Positions 39,383 to 53,763 of a stretch of DNA of 64,000 bases are shown piece after piece. The DNA is taken from contig OY776215.1 in NCBI GenBank assembly GCA_963675495.1, forward strand, positions 1,440,001-1,504,000, in the 5' to 3' direction. Both the position numbers and the translations under genes were made by a program. Positions within the stretch are counted from its first letter, which is position 1. Each line of letters opens with the position of its first letter. The DNA is from an uncultured Methanolobus sp. (lineage in GTDB: Archaea; Halobacteriota; Methanosarcinia; Methanosarcinales; Methanosarcinaceae). Below the pieces are notes generated by a model that was not told the DNA's origin, did not search any database, and saw only the letters and a list, made by a program, of their open reading frames with translations.

Positions 39383-40528
39383 TTATTGCTCTAGTCCAAG
39401 GTGGACTTTTCTAAACTCAGAATCCCTCATAAGACAGGGACCTGAAGTGAAAACAGGGTCTTTGTATATCTTTTTCCATATCGATGCTAAAGATTCATCG
39501 TGAATATTACCATATGGTTTCGGCATACATGCACACGGAAGTACATCGCCTTCAGGAGTTACATGAAGCCATTTCCTGCCTGCAAAACATCCCATTTTTC
39601 TTATGATCTGAGGAATAGGGAAAACGCGTGGTCCTTCAGCGTAAGATGTACGTTCTACAAAATCATCGAACTTTTTCAGGCCTTCGGGTGAAAGGACTTC
39701 ATTCCCATGGTCCAGCCACCTTCCAGTAGGAACTATCTCATAGAAAGAGAGTTCATGCACACCCAGCTCTTTTGCAAGCTCATAAAAATCGTCAAGCTCA
39801 TCAACATTTCTTGGCGAAAGAACAACATACATGCCAACTAAAAGACCGGCATCCAGACCGTTCTTTATGGCATTTACGGCATCATTGAATACACCAGGCC
39901 TTCCACGCATAAAATCATGTCCTTCTTCGTTTGCACTGTCAAAACTCACGCTTAGCATGGAAAGACCAGCATCCTTAAGGCTTGATGCACGCTGCGGAGT
40001 CATCCCCACACCAGATGTGAACAGACCCGCAATTGCGCGTGAACTATCTACATAGCTGATGAGCTCTTCAAGACCGTCATATAACAAAGGCTCGCCACCA
40101 TCGAATATAATGAGAGTGGTGCCCATATTCTGAGTCTGGTCGATGATACTCTTAACAACATCAGGACTGAGCCTTGCTTTGTTTTTAGTATCCGGGAGAG
40201 CACAGTGAATGCATCTGTTTGGACACTCTTCTGTAATTGAGATAGTGATCTGTTCCGGAATGAATTTGCCCCTCATTGCACTCATCTGGCTTGAAACAAG
40301 CCGGTCAAATGCCTTGCTGGGTATAGGAGGCATCCAGGTGGAGTATATTAACTGATCATTTTCCACTTTTGAGGGTTTTGTATCCTCAAATATCTCCATC
40401 ATCTCTGAAACATAAGAACCCATTATGGATGAAGCAATGCCGGAGGTCTTCATTTTCACCCGATCATTCTCTATCTGGGCATATACTTTGAAAAATGGAT
40501 TTTTGTAAAAGTAATATTTGTTCTTCAT
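39383..40528 (-). CDS. Radical SAM protein with SPASM/twitch-like C-terminus
   Basis: Motifs CPNRCIHC, GGEP, CFAG...TPEGDVLPC, GNI. Confidence 0.92.
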   Translation of the reverse strand: MKNKYYFYKNPFFKVYAQIENDRVKMKTSGIASSIMGSYVSEMMEIFEDTKPSKVENDQLIYSTWMPPIPSKAFDRLVSSQMSAMRGKFIPEQITISITEECPNRCIHCALPDTKNKARLSPDVVKSIIDQTQNMGTTLIIFDGGEPLLYDGLEELISYVDSSRAIAGLFTSGVGMTPQRASSLKDAGLSMLSVSFDSANEEGHDFMRGRPGVFNDAVNAIKNGLDAGLLVGMYVVLSPRNVDELDDFYELAKELGVHELSFYEIVPTGRWLDHGNEVLSPEGLKKFDDFVERTSYAEGPRVFPIPQIIRKMGCFAGRKWLHVTPEGDVLPCACMPKPYGNIHDESLASIWKKIYKDPVFTSGPCLMRDSEFRKVHLGLEQ

Positions 40529-40531
40529 AGT

Positions 40532-41689
40532 TCACTTCGTCCTGAAGATAGCCCTGTACGAAAGTATTGAAGAGGGATTGTTTTTCAGTATCATCTTTGA
40601 CACCTGCAATGCCTGATTAAAAGGACTACCTCCAAGTACCTTCAAGTCCTCTCCTTCAAAGACCTTCATCATTTCGTCGATCTCCTTGTCGGTCATTTTC
40701 CTGAGAGTCTCCATGGCAAATCTTCCAAGGTAGTACTCTGTCCTGTATTCAGCATTCCATTTTCTTCTGTATTCAGAAAGGAAGCTCTTTGAAGTATCGC
40801 CTTTTGCAATTGCATCAGCTGCAACATCACCGCACATCTGCCCTGCATGCATACCATACCCGATGCCCGACTGGGCAGCAGAACCACCCACCACCATTAC
40901 ACCATCAGTGACTATATCACCGGGAATTGCAACAATTGGGTCACCACCTACAGATTTGCTGATTATCTTTACTTCATCAAGACCCTTTAATTCCTTGAAC
41001 TTTGCAAGCCAGTCATCAAAGAAATCAGAGACATCACGTCCGTGCCTTCGGACATACATTCCAAGGGTCGCCCTGTTACCACCACATGGTGAATAGGTGG
41101 ATTTCCACCCAGGAGCATGATTACCAACATAGTATTCGAACAGGTCTGGTTCACCAATGCCTTCTGCTTCGATCTCTGCTTCAAGGGACCAGGCTATGTC
41201 CTGTGGATATTTGATAGGTTTCATTCCAAGAAGGGCACTTATCCGTGAGTTTATCCCATCTGAAACAATAACGAGTTTGCACTTGATCTTACCCTTTGAT
41301 GTGCTTACTACAAATCCCCCATCAGCCCTTAGAACATTAAGTACCTCAATTCCGAAGCGAACATCTGCACCTGCTTCCTCAGCCTGATGAATGTAGAATT
41401 CATCGAATTTCTTACGGTCAAGGAAGTAAGCATCACCTTCAAAGATGACATTCTTACCAGAAGGTGATATTATGTAGGCACCTTTCAGGTTTTTGATGAC
41501 ATAACTCTGGTCTACTTCTTCACCTGTGCGGTCAAACATTCCTTTGAAAAATGTGTTTGCCGGATGAGGAGGTACACCTACTGCTTCCTTTTTATCGAGA
41601 AGGATAACTTTACAGCCTTTGGCTGATGCATTCCTTGCTGCCATGACTCCGGCAGGGGAAGCCCCTATTACAATGATATCTGCATCCAT
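40532..41689 (-). CDS. Geranylgeranyl reductase-family FAD oxidoreductase (atypical)
   Basis: DIIVIGASPAG FAD site, LDRKKFD, SDG..S, YYVGNHAPG, GIGYG...G..A. Confidence 0.88.
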   Translation of the reverse strand: MDADIIVIGASPAGVMAARNASAKGCKVILLDKKEAVGVPPHPANTFFKGMFDRTGEEVDQSYVIKNLKGAYIISPSGKNVIFEGDAYFLDRKKFDEFYIHQAEEAGADVRFGIEVLNVLRADGGFVVSTSKGKIKCKLVIVSDGINSRISALLGMKPIKYPQDIAWSLEAEIEAEGIGEPDLFEYYVGNHAPGWKSTYSPCGGNRATLGMYVRRHGRDVSDFFDDWLAKFKELKGLDEVKIISKSVGGDPIVAIPGDIVTDGVMVVGGSAAQSGIGYGMHAGQMCGDVAADAIAKGDTSKSFLSEYRRKWNAEYRTEYYLGRFAMETLRKMTDKEIDEMMKVFEGEDLKVLGGSPFNQALQVSKMILKNNPSSILSYRAIFRTK

Positions 41690-41714
41690 TTTGAACCTCT
41701 GGAACAACTAATTA

Positions 41715-42674
41715 TTACCATAATATACCGGAATATGCCGGAACAAGTATGCAAAGTATTACATCAAGTATAAGAGAACCAAACATGATACCCCTGTATC
41801 TGGAGCCCTGGAGAAACAGCCTGCCTCCACGCTCTTGTGTAGGGTTCTTAATAAAATCAAATGACTGTGTGAGCATCCACCCACCTGCAAGCAGTGCGCC
41901 TGCAAAATATATAGGTCCGATCTTTGCTGTAAGTCCGATGGCAATTGACGCTATGACACCTACAACCCACATTAGAGTTACGAACTTTGAGGTTGCAGGA
42001 ACACCAAAAGTAACCGGAAATGTCGGAGCACCCCGGGCCCTGTCGCCCTCTACATCCCTGGCAACACCAGAAAGAGTGAAACCCCAATCGGTGAAACACA
42101 TCATCAAGCCAAGGAATATAGCAGGAAGAGGGAGTATGGATCCATAATCGGGGCTCTTTAGAATACCGGCTGGATCAAACGCCAGCCAGATACCTATAGG
42201 CACGAGCCCGTAAGCTATCCCCACAGGCACAAAACTAAGAAATGTCATTCTTTTTGCAAGTTTTGAGTATACACTTATAGTAACGACTGCTATCACCAAA
42301 ACCACAAATGATTCAGGATTCAGGTAGAGGGCTGCTATGCTTGCAATTAAGAACAGCACACCTGCATACTTCATAGCTTGCTTACGGCTGAGTTTATTAG
42401 ATACAAGAGGACGATTCGGAAGGTTGATCGTGTCTATATCAACATCACAACAATCATTGTACACATAGGAACTTGTGATTGCGGCATAACCTCCTATAAC
42501 AGCTATAATAAAGAGCATTAGTTCCGGAAACGCACCTGTTGCAAGATAAGAAGCAAGTAAAGCACTTGCAGCAGGGAGGGCAAAATCCATGTCCGCTATT
42601 TCCGGCCTTAACATTTCAAGATAAGGATTTCGTGTTTTAGAGCCTGAAGTCGAAACCAAGTATATCATCACCAA
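41715..42674 (-). CDS. UbiA-family membrane prenyltransferase
   Basis: NDCCDVDID.IN.P.RP and RDVEGD...G..T.P aspartate motifs, YS..K, about nine TM segments. Confidence 0.92.
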   Translation of the reverse strand: MVMIYLVSTSGSKTRNPYLEMLRPEIADMDFALPAASALLASYLATGAFPELMLFIIAVIGGYAAITSSYVYNDCCDVDIDTINLPNRPLVSNKLSRKQAMKYAGVLFLIASIAALYLNPESFVVLVIAVVTISVYSKLAKRMTFLSFVPVGIAYGLVPIGIWLAFDPAGILKSPDYGSILPLPAIFLGLMMCFTDWGFTLSGVARDVEGDRARGAPTFPVTFGVPATSKFVTLMWVVGVIASIAIGLTAKIGPIYFAGALLAGGWMLTQSFDFIKNPTQERGGRLFLQGSRYRGIMFGSLILDVILCILVPAYSGILW

Positions 42675-42768
42675 TAGATTATAGGTTCTAATCTTCGGTA
42701 TTGTATATTAGTATTAGGGTAGTGTGGATTAAAAAATAGGATTGTGCTTAAGAGGAAAAATGGCAAAT

Positions 42769-42806
42769 ATCTGAATATCCACAGCATAAATTAAAGATAT
42801 TCAGAT
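42769..42806 (-). terminator. Inverted repeat between tgtA and the UbiA operon
   Basis: ATCTGAATATC / GATATTCAGAT 11-bp arms followed by a T-rich tract on the minus strand. Confidence 0.55.
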
Positions 42807-42824
42807 GTGTTCTCAAAATAGAGA

Positions 42825-44294
42825 TTACTCACTCTTCGGAGGAACAATTGTAAAGTTATCAAATTCTGCAAGTTTCTCCACCAGAGGATGATCGAACCTG
42901 TCATTCATAAGGAAAGTGAAGGTTGCCTTAGGGTTCAGTTCCACAAGCTTGATGGTATTCTGATAGGCAGTTTCAAGTGATTCATAGTCAGGGGTCCTTA
43001 CAACTTCTGCGTTAAGCGGATAGACCTCTGCAAGCTCCTGCGGATAAGAACCGAATGGTGGTTTGAACATCATGACATTGTCATAGTCACTGTCCTTCTT
43101 TGTTGGGTATGCCCTTATGAGCACAGAACCTTCTATGGTAAGTCTTTCAAGCTGCTTGCCAAAACGCAGAACTTCAGGACGCCTGGCAGACTCCGGACCA
43201 CAGTAGAATAGTGTGGATTTGGTTGAAGGGTCACATTCTTCCAGCCACGAGGAATAAGTGTACATCTGCTTAAGTGCTTCAAGCATTCTTGGATGAGCCC
43301 TGCACCTCTGCTCCACAAGTTCAAGGAGGTTGCCTTCCCATATGGCTTGCTTGACCTCGCGTACCTCTTCAAAAGTTACGTAAAGATTGTGTCTTGCAAG
43401 AAGTTCAGTACAGTTGTGAGCCTTTTTCAGGTCTTCCGCGCTGTGAGCTATACATACAGGACATGAACATGGCAGATACTTGAGCTGGTCTACATGATAG
43501 GTTCCTCTGGAAGTGATGTAACGCCTGTCCTTTGCATACAGGGCATACGCTGCTGAATCAAACAGGTCACATCCAAGAGCAACAGCAAGTGCGAACATCA
43601 TCGGATGTCCTGCACCAAACAGGTGGACAGGTGCTGTTGGGTCAAGTCCTTTCTTGGCTGAAGCAATTACATCAACAAGATCAGAATAACGGTAAGATTC
43701 CATCAGCGGGACCACAGCTCCAAATGGATAGACATCAAAGCCTACTTCTGAAAGTTCCCGGGCACACTCTTCACGGAGATCCTTGTAAATAGCACCCTGC
43801 ACCGGACCTGCCAGGAGCATATCACCTTTTACGAGTTCCCTTGCCTCCTTGAGACGCTGTATTGTGATATCCATATCTTCCTTTGCCTTTTCATAAGACA
43901 CATCAGGGTGTGTGGGAATATCCAGAGGAACGCCAATGTCAGTTCCGATCTTCTGCTGGAAATCGATTATCATCTCATTTGTGACCTCGACCTCACCATA
44001 AACTGACAACTGAAATGAGCCGGAGTCGGTCATTAGAGGACCATCAAAGTCAAGCAATGCGTGCAAACCGTCTTTCAATGCTTTTTCCCTTAATTCGTCC
44101 TTACGGTAAATGATGTATGAATTCGTGATAAGTATCTCAGCACCGAACTCCCTCATTTCAGAGGGTTTTACTGTCTGGATATTAGGATTGATAACAGGCA
44201 TTACAGTAGGGGTTTCAACCACTCCGTGTGGAGTTGTGAGCTTACCGATACGCCCTGCTGCATCCTTATGGATAATATCAAATTTTGATGACAT
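42825..44294 (-). CDS. tgtA: Archaeosine tRNA-guanine(15) transglycosylase
   Basis: Motifs TPTVMPV, MTDSGSFQ, HLFGAGHP, DLFDSAAY, CSCPVC, HNL. Confidence 0.95.
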   Translation of the reverse strand: MSSKFDIIHKDAAGRIGKLTTPHGVVETPTVMPVINPNIQTVKPSEMREFGAEILITNSYIIYRKDELREKALKDGLHALLDFDGPLMTDSGSFQLSVYGEVEVTNEMIIDFQQKIGTDIGVPLDIPTHPDVSYEKAKEDMDITIQRLKEARELVKGDMLLAGPVQGAIYKDLREECARELSEVGFDVYPFGAVVPLMESYRYSDLVDVIASAKKGLDPTAPVHLFGAGHPMMFALAVALGCDLFDSAAYALYAKDRRYITSRGTYHVDQLKYLPCSCPVCIAHSAEDLKKAHNCTELLARHNLYVTFEEVREVKQAIWEGNLLELVEQRCRAHPRMLEALKQMYTYSSWLEECDPSTKSTLFYCGPESARRPEVLRFGKQLERLTIEGSVLIRAYPTKKDSDYDNVMMFKPPFGSYPQELAEVYPLNAEVVRTPDYESLETAYQNTIKLVELNPKATFTFLMNDRFDHPLVEKLAEFDNFTIVPPKSE

Positions 44295-44433
44295 GAGCTT
44301 TTAGATGATAGTTAAGATATATTTAAGCTTCCTTTCAAGAGCTTAAACTATGAATAGACATTTCCAAAATGAATAGAAGTCTCCGGGATATTCCATGATA
44401 TAATTTATAATGCAGCAACCATCATTATATATT

Positions 44434-45891
44434 ATGTACGAACTGCACACGCCTGTTAATCACAAAGCTGTAGTTAAGTACATCGGATATTATCTAATAG
44501 CTTTTACATTTGTATTGGTTGTTCCAACAATTGCTGCGCTGATACTTGGAAATGTAGCAGCGGCCATCGACTATGGAAGCACTGCTGTTGCGGTGTTCAT
44601 CATAGGCTCTATGATATATCGAGCTCTTCCGGACTATGAGCTTGAAACAAAGGAAGCGCTCATCATCGTTGCACTGGTTTTCCCAATATCTGCACTCCTT
44701 AGTGCAATCCCAATGTCACTTACAACAGGAATGCCTTTTATCGATGCTTATTTTGAAAGTGTGTCAGCTGTTACGACAACAGGGCTGAGCGTTGCACCGG
44801 CAGATGTCGGACCAGTGTTCCTTTTTGCACGTTCCTGGGGGCAGTGGGTAGGAGGGATAGGAATAATACTTGTGGTGCTCTCAGTCCTGATAAGACCGGG
44901 AACTACTGCATCAAGGATATACAAGGCAAACTATGGAGATATGAAGATAAAACCAACTGTTATATCCACTACCAGAACACTTGGAAAAGTCTACATCATA
45001 ATAACATTAATCTCCATGCTGCTGCTTCTGATGAGTGGTATGTCTCTATTCGATTCTATATGCCATGCTTTCTGTTGTGTATCTACAGGCGGATTCTCAA
45101 CACGTGCTGAAAGTATAGGAGCATATCAGGGAAGCCTGATACCCACTGCAATAAGTATATCGTGCCTTCTGGGAGCAGTCAGTTTTGTACTTTACCCACA
45201 TCTGTTCAAGAAACCTGAAAAGTTTTTCAGGAACCTGGAACTTAAATATTTTCTGAGCCTGGCAGCCATAGGAGCAATATTATTTGCTTTTACGCTTTCA
45301 AGAAACAATATTGATTACAAGCCTATTCAGGACAATCTTTTCCATATAATCTCAGCTCTCACTACTGCAGGATTTTCTACAATAGACCTTTCCATTATAT
45401 CTGATGCTTCAAGAGCCGTGTTGATATTTATGATGTGGATAGGAGGTAATATGGGATCTACAGCAGGCGGTATTAAAGTATTCAGAATACTGTTGCTCAT
45501 TAAAGTGGGCCATAATGTATTGTTGCGATTGTTCCTCCCAAGAGAGACCATTACACCGATAAAGATAGAGGACCACATTATAGAGAGTGATGAGATATAC
45601 AATCTTGTGACCTTTATGCTGCTTTACACATTAATACTGGTTGCATCATCTTTCGTTTTTATGACCTATGGAGTTGACACTAACAGTTCTGTTTTTGAAG
45701 TATCAAGTGCCTTAAGTACTGTGGGGCTTTCCGCAGGAGTGACAAGTGCTGCAATGCCTGTGGGTCTTAAGTTAGTACTGATAATTGACATGTTATTTGG
45801 AAGGATAGAGATAATACCATTGATATTGCTTTTCATGCCTGGAACATGGATCAAAAGAAAAAGAACCAATAGAAGGAATGTGAAAATATGA
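44434..45891 (+). CDS. trkH: TrkH potassium uptake membrane subunit
   Basis: Four pore loops (TTTG, STGGF, TTAGF, STVG), GSTAGGIK, GRIEI. Confidence 0.94.
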   Translation: MYELHTPVNHKAVVKYIGYYLIAFTFVLVVPTIAALILGNVAAAIDYGSTAVAVFIIGSMIYRALPDYELETKEALIIVALVFPISALLSAIPMSLTTGMPFIDAYFESVSAVTTTGLSVAPADVGPVFLFARSWGQWVGGIGIILVVLSVLIRPGTTASRIYKANYGDMKIKPTVISTTRTLGKVYIIITLISMLLLLMSGMSLFDSICHAFCCVSTGGFSTRAESIGAYQGSLIPTAISISCLLGAVSFVLYPHLFKKPEKFFRNLELKYFLSLAAIGAILFAFTLSRNNIDYKPIQDNLFHIISALTTAGFSTIDLSIISDASRAVLIFMMWIGGNMGSTAGGIKVFRILLLIKVGHNVLLRLFLPRETITPIKIEDHIIESDEIYNLVTFMLLYTLILVASSFVFMTYGVDTNSSVFEVSSALSTVGLSAGVTSAAMPVGLKLVLIIDMLFGRIEIIPLILLFMPGTWIKRKRTNRRNVKI

Positions 45892-46547
45892 GAGTAATTG
45901 TAGTCGGGGCCGGTTCACTTGGAATAAATCTCACGAAGAATATGATCCAGCAGGGTAAAGAGGTCATACTGATAGAGAAAGATGAATCAGTAGCCAAAGA
46001 ACTGGCAGAGACCCTGGATTGTACGGTCATAAATGCCGAAGGCACAAGACCGGATATCCTTGAAAAAGCCGATCTAGTCAATGCAGATGCAATTGTTGCC
46101 TGCACGAGCAACGATCAGAATAACATCCTCATAGGGTTAATAGCCAGAGATGCAAAAGTTGAAAAAGTAATCCTCATGATAGATGACAAACAATTCATGG
46201 ATGTTGCAAATAAGCTTGGTTTCTATTATATGATCAACCCATCCAGCATCTCTTCCAGATATATATCGGATGTTCTTAGAGGAATAAATACGATCGAACT
46301 CAGCAACCTGGTCCGCTATGATGTGCGTTTTATGGGCGTCATGGCTACAGATAAAATAATTGATATGAAAATGTCTGAGATCTCGTTGCCTGATGGGAGT
46401 GCATTCATTGGTGTATATCGTAAAGATGAATTCATTCTCGCAGAAAAAGATCCAAAATTACATGAAAAGGATGAACTGATTCTCGTCACCAGAGCGGATC
46501 AGATTCAAAATATAAATGAAGTATTGGGCAGAAATATGAAAGAATAG
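45888..46547 (+). CDS. trkA: TrkA NAD-binding RCK subunit
   Basis: GAGSLG, DQNN, RCK-C domain; overlaps the trkH stop. Confidence 0.93.
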   Translation: MRVIVVGAGSLGINLTKNMIQQGKEVILIEKDESVAKELAETLDCTVINAEGTRPDILEKADLVNADAIVACTSNDQNNILIGLIARDAKVEKVILMIDDKQFMDVANKLGFYYMINPSSISSRYISDVLRGINTIELSNLVRYDVRFMGVMATDKIIDMKMSEISLPDGSAFIGVYRKDEFILAEKDPKLHEKDELILVTRADQIQNINEVLGRNMKE

Positions 46548-46618
46548 AAAGTGTGAGATGTTTAGAGCATGTCATAACTTTCTTAATTATAGAGTAATCC
46601 TTCCAGTTGTAACAACGT

Positions 46619-47758
46619 CTAGTTATCTGAAACGTTCATTAAAGCCGCAAGTTCTAGGCCTTCACTACCAATGTCAGATAGCTGTTTGAACACCTCTGCT
46701 CTTGAGATGTATTTTTCTGTTCTTGTTTCGTCCGGTCGTTCTATTTTTATGGTGATCTCTTCCTTATTATAACCCTTATCGATACATTCTTTGATCAAAT
46801 CACCATAGTCTGCAGCGATTATTTTGAGACAATCGAATACCATGTTGCCATCTATTGCATCTTTTCCATCTATGAGCACGCGTGTGAGCACACGGGATTG
46901 AACAGCTACAGAAAAATACTGTTTCATTTTTTTCACCAGGAGTTGAATTTCTTCCTCTTCGAGGGATTCTGCTAGTACCTCATCAATAGTTATGTCATGA
47001 TCATTGTGGAATATCATAAAGGTGTTCTCATCAGCTATTATCTTGAATACATGATCAGAGTCATCATCTTTGAGAACTGCTTCGATGTGCTCATCCCCAT
47101 CATATTCCATTGATACGATATAATGGTCAGACAGGTCTATTTTTTTCACCTTATCTTCACGATGCAGTAAACCACCTGGTACCCACACCGGTAGCATTAA
47201 TTTTTTATAAATATCGTCTATTTTAAGTTCTTTGCTATTGAACTTTAGTTCAAACCAATACTCCATGTTTTCAGCAGAACAAATCTGCTTACCGCTGATA
47301 ATCTCATTTTCTTGTAAAAATGAATAGGTATCTATCGAATTATAGATAGATTCTTCAAAAAATGGATTAAGAAGAGATATTATCTTAGAGTTAAGTTGAT
47401 CTAGTTCAAAATCAGCAGTTTTCACATTCTCTTCGAGTTGCTTGCCTAAATCAATTCGTTTTTTGGAAGAAACGGAGACCATTGCTGCACTAATTTCATC
47501 CTTCATGTCTGTGATACCCAAAGATTCAATATTTGTAGCCAGATTCTGAACTGCCGCTGCAATACCTGTTTCAAATTCGTCTATACCCTTAATTTGAGAC
47601 TCAGTTGAAATGGTGTTCTTTTTCTTTTTTTCATTAAGTAGCCGTGCTGCTTTTTCAATAGGAATTGTTTCCTGCGATAATTTGATGAAATCCTGCAGGT
47701 CTTTAATAAAATCTCGCTGCACTGGCAATTCTGTTGAATCCTGAAATGTATATTTCAT
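46619..47758 (-). CDS. Hypothetical protein (379 aa, acidic, N-terminal coiled coil)
   Basis: Long ORF with a GGGG RBS-like sequence; no recognisable motif. Confidence 0.8.
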   Translation of the reverse strand: MKYTFQDSTELPVQRDFIKDLQDFIKLSQETIPIEKAARLLNEKKKKNTISTESQIKGIDEFETGIAAAVQNLATNIESLGITDMKDEISAAMVSVSSKKRIDLGKQLEENVKTADFELDQLNSKIISLLNPFFEESIYNSIDTYSFLQENEIISGKQICSAENMEYWFELKFNSKELKIDDIYKKLMLPVWVPGGLLHREDKVKKIDLSDHYIVSMEYDGDEHIEAVLKDDDSDHVFKIIADENTFMIFHNDHDITIDEVLAESLEEEEIQLLVKKMKQYFSVAVQSRVLTRVLIDGKDAIDGNMVFDCLKIIAADYGDLIKECIDKGYNKEEITIKIERPDETRTEKYISRAEVFKQLSDIGSEGLELAALMNVSDN

Positions 47759-48020
47759 TCAATAAACCCCGTCCTAGTATGTTGTTTACGAATAAATACT
47801 ATTGTAATAAAAAGCTACAACCTGAATCATTTGAAAATACGAAAAATAAGGAAAGCATATTCAGCCAATGTCAGAATCAATAAGAATTATCGTCACAAGC
47901 ATGCATACTCAAAACAATATTAGTTTAGATAACAAAAATCAATAATACCATAAAAAAAAATAGATTAGTTCAAGTTAAAATCATTGTAGAAAAAGAAAGC
48001 TAATAGTTAGTGTTGAGTGA

Positions 48021-48143
48021 GTTGGCAGCGATCCAGAGTTCCCGAAGACTCTCATACTTCAGTACAGTAAGGAACGCTGGCAGGCTTATCTTCTGTGTTC
48101 GGGATGGGTACAGGAATTGCCCCGCCGCTATGGCCGCCAATCT
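48021..48143 (-). rRNA. rrf: 5S rRNA
   Basis: Minus strand TTGGCGGCCATAGCGGCGGGG...CCCATCCCGAACAC...GCTGCCAA; ends approximate. Confidence 0.95.
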
Positions 48144-48169
48144 CTCTCATGATGAATTGTAAATGGTAA

Positions 48170-48241
48170 AGCCAAGGTCCGGATTCGAACCGGAATGGAA
48201 TCGCTCTGCAGGCGATTGCGTAGCCGCTCCGCCACCTTGGC
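48170..48241 (-). tRNA. tRNA-Cys(GCA)
   Basis: GCCAAGG/CCTTGGC acceptor stem, U73 discriminator, anticodon loop CTGCAGA, T-loop TTCGAAT. Confidence 0.96.
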
Positions 48242-48344
48242 AATGAGCGATTCATGATTGAATCCATTGAATTTATACTTTACCATAAGATTGCGTATAT
48301 TAAACATGCACATATCAGATTTCGCCTGGACAAAGCAAGACGGA

Positions 48345-51259
<2,915 letters not shown>

Positions 51260-51387
51260 AGAGTCCATCTCACTTTGTCCAGTGAGCGTCTGATATATGC
51301 ATGCATATACACGATCTCATTGCAGCTGTCGTTGCTTCAGCCACTTCATCCTTCCCCGAAGAAATTACTCTTCAGGTGCACTAATAA

Positions 51388-51460
51388 TGGACTTGTTGGG
51401 ATTCGAACCCAAGGCCTCCGCCTTGCAAAGGCGGCGATCTTCCAACTGATCTACAAGCCC
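51388..51460 (-). tRNA. tRNA-Ala(TGC) in the 16S-23S spacer
   Basis: GGGCTTGTAGATCAG...TTTGCAA...TTCGAATCCCAACAAGTCCA. Confidence 0.96.
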
Positions 51461-51564
51461 CTCTTGGACCCCTTTTACAGTGAATCCATGTAATTTTTCT
51501 CGGATCTGACAGTTTTTCGATTTCTGACCGGTTAGTGGTGATGGACTTTGTGTCCATCTTGCTT

Positions 51565-53039
<1,475 letters not shown>

Positions 53040-53763
53040 TGTTGATCTCACACAAAAGTTTAATGCATTTTGGAAGTCATTTAAGGAATTTTTAGGAAAG
53101 AACTCTCACTAGAGAATTTCTTTACTTTGCACATTAGTTGATTAATTCCTTATATGGTAGTATATTATACACTACCGGCCAGAATTAATCGAACTGCCAA
53201 ATCCAACGTCAGACAAGAAAGAACTCTTGCCTCCACTTAATAAAAGGCGGTGATTGTAAGTGTTTTCGCGCATTCACGCGGACTCCTTCAAAGGATACCA
53301 TCATATATATACCTTTCGAACCATGAGATTCGAAGGCAAAGAAGGAACCTTTGATGAATATATGATTATCCACCACCCACTCGGATTACAACATTATATT
53401 TTAATCGTATATGGGGTTAACGGTAGATGTAATTTCACACCGATCAAACAGACAGCTTACCTAAGCAAGTATCCACCCGCATCGGAGGGATTTCATAGAT
53501 ACACACCATAAGATATAAACGTAACGTATTTAATTAATTTTGTTTTTATTTAAACTACTAGCTCACCAATTTGAAAGTATAAACCAAAACACAAGCAGAG
53601 ATACGCAAACTTTAACAATATAAGTGACATAGCAGTACTCTATTATATAAAAAGAACAAGGTGTCTGCCTGCACCCAAAATAAGAAGGACGATGCTATAA
53701 TATATCCACCTACAGGTAAAATCTAGGGACTTTAAAGAATACCTGAAAGGATAAACAGGAAAC

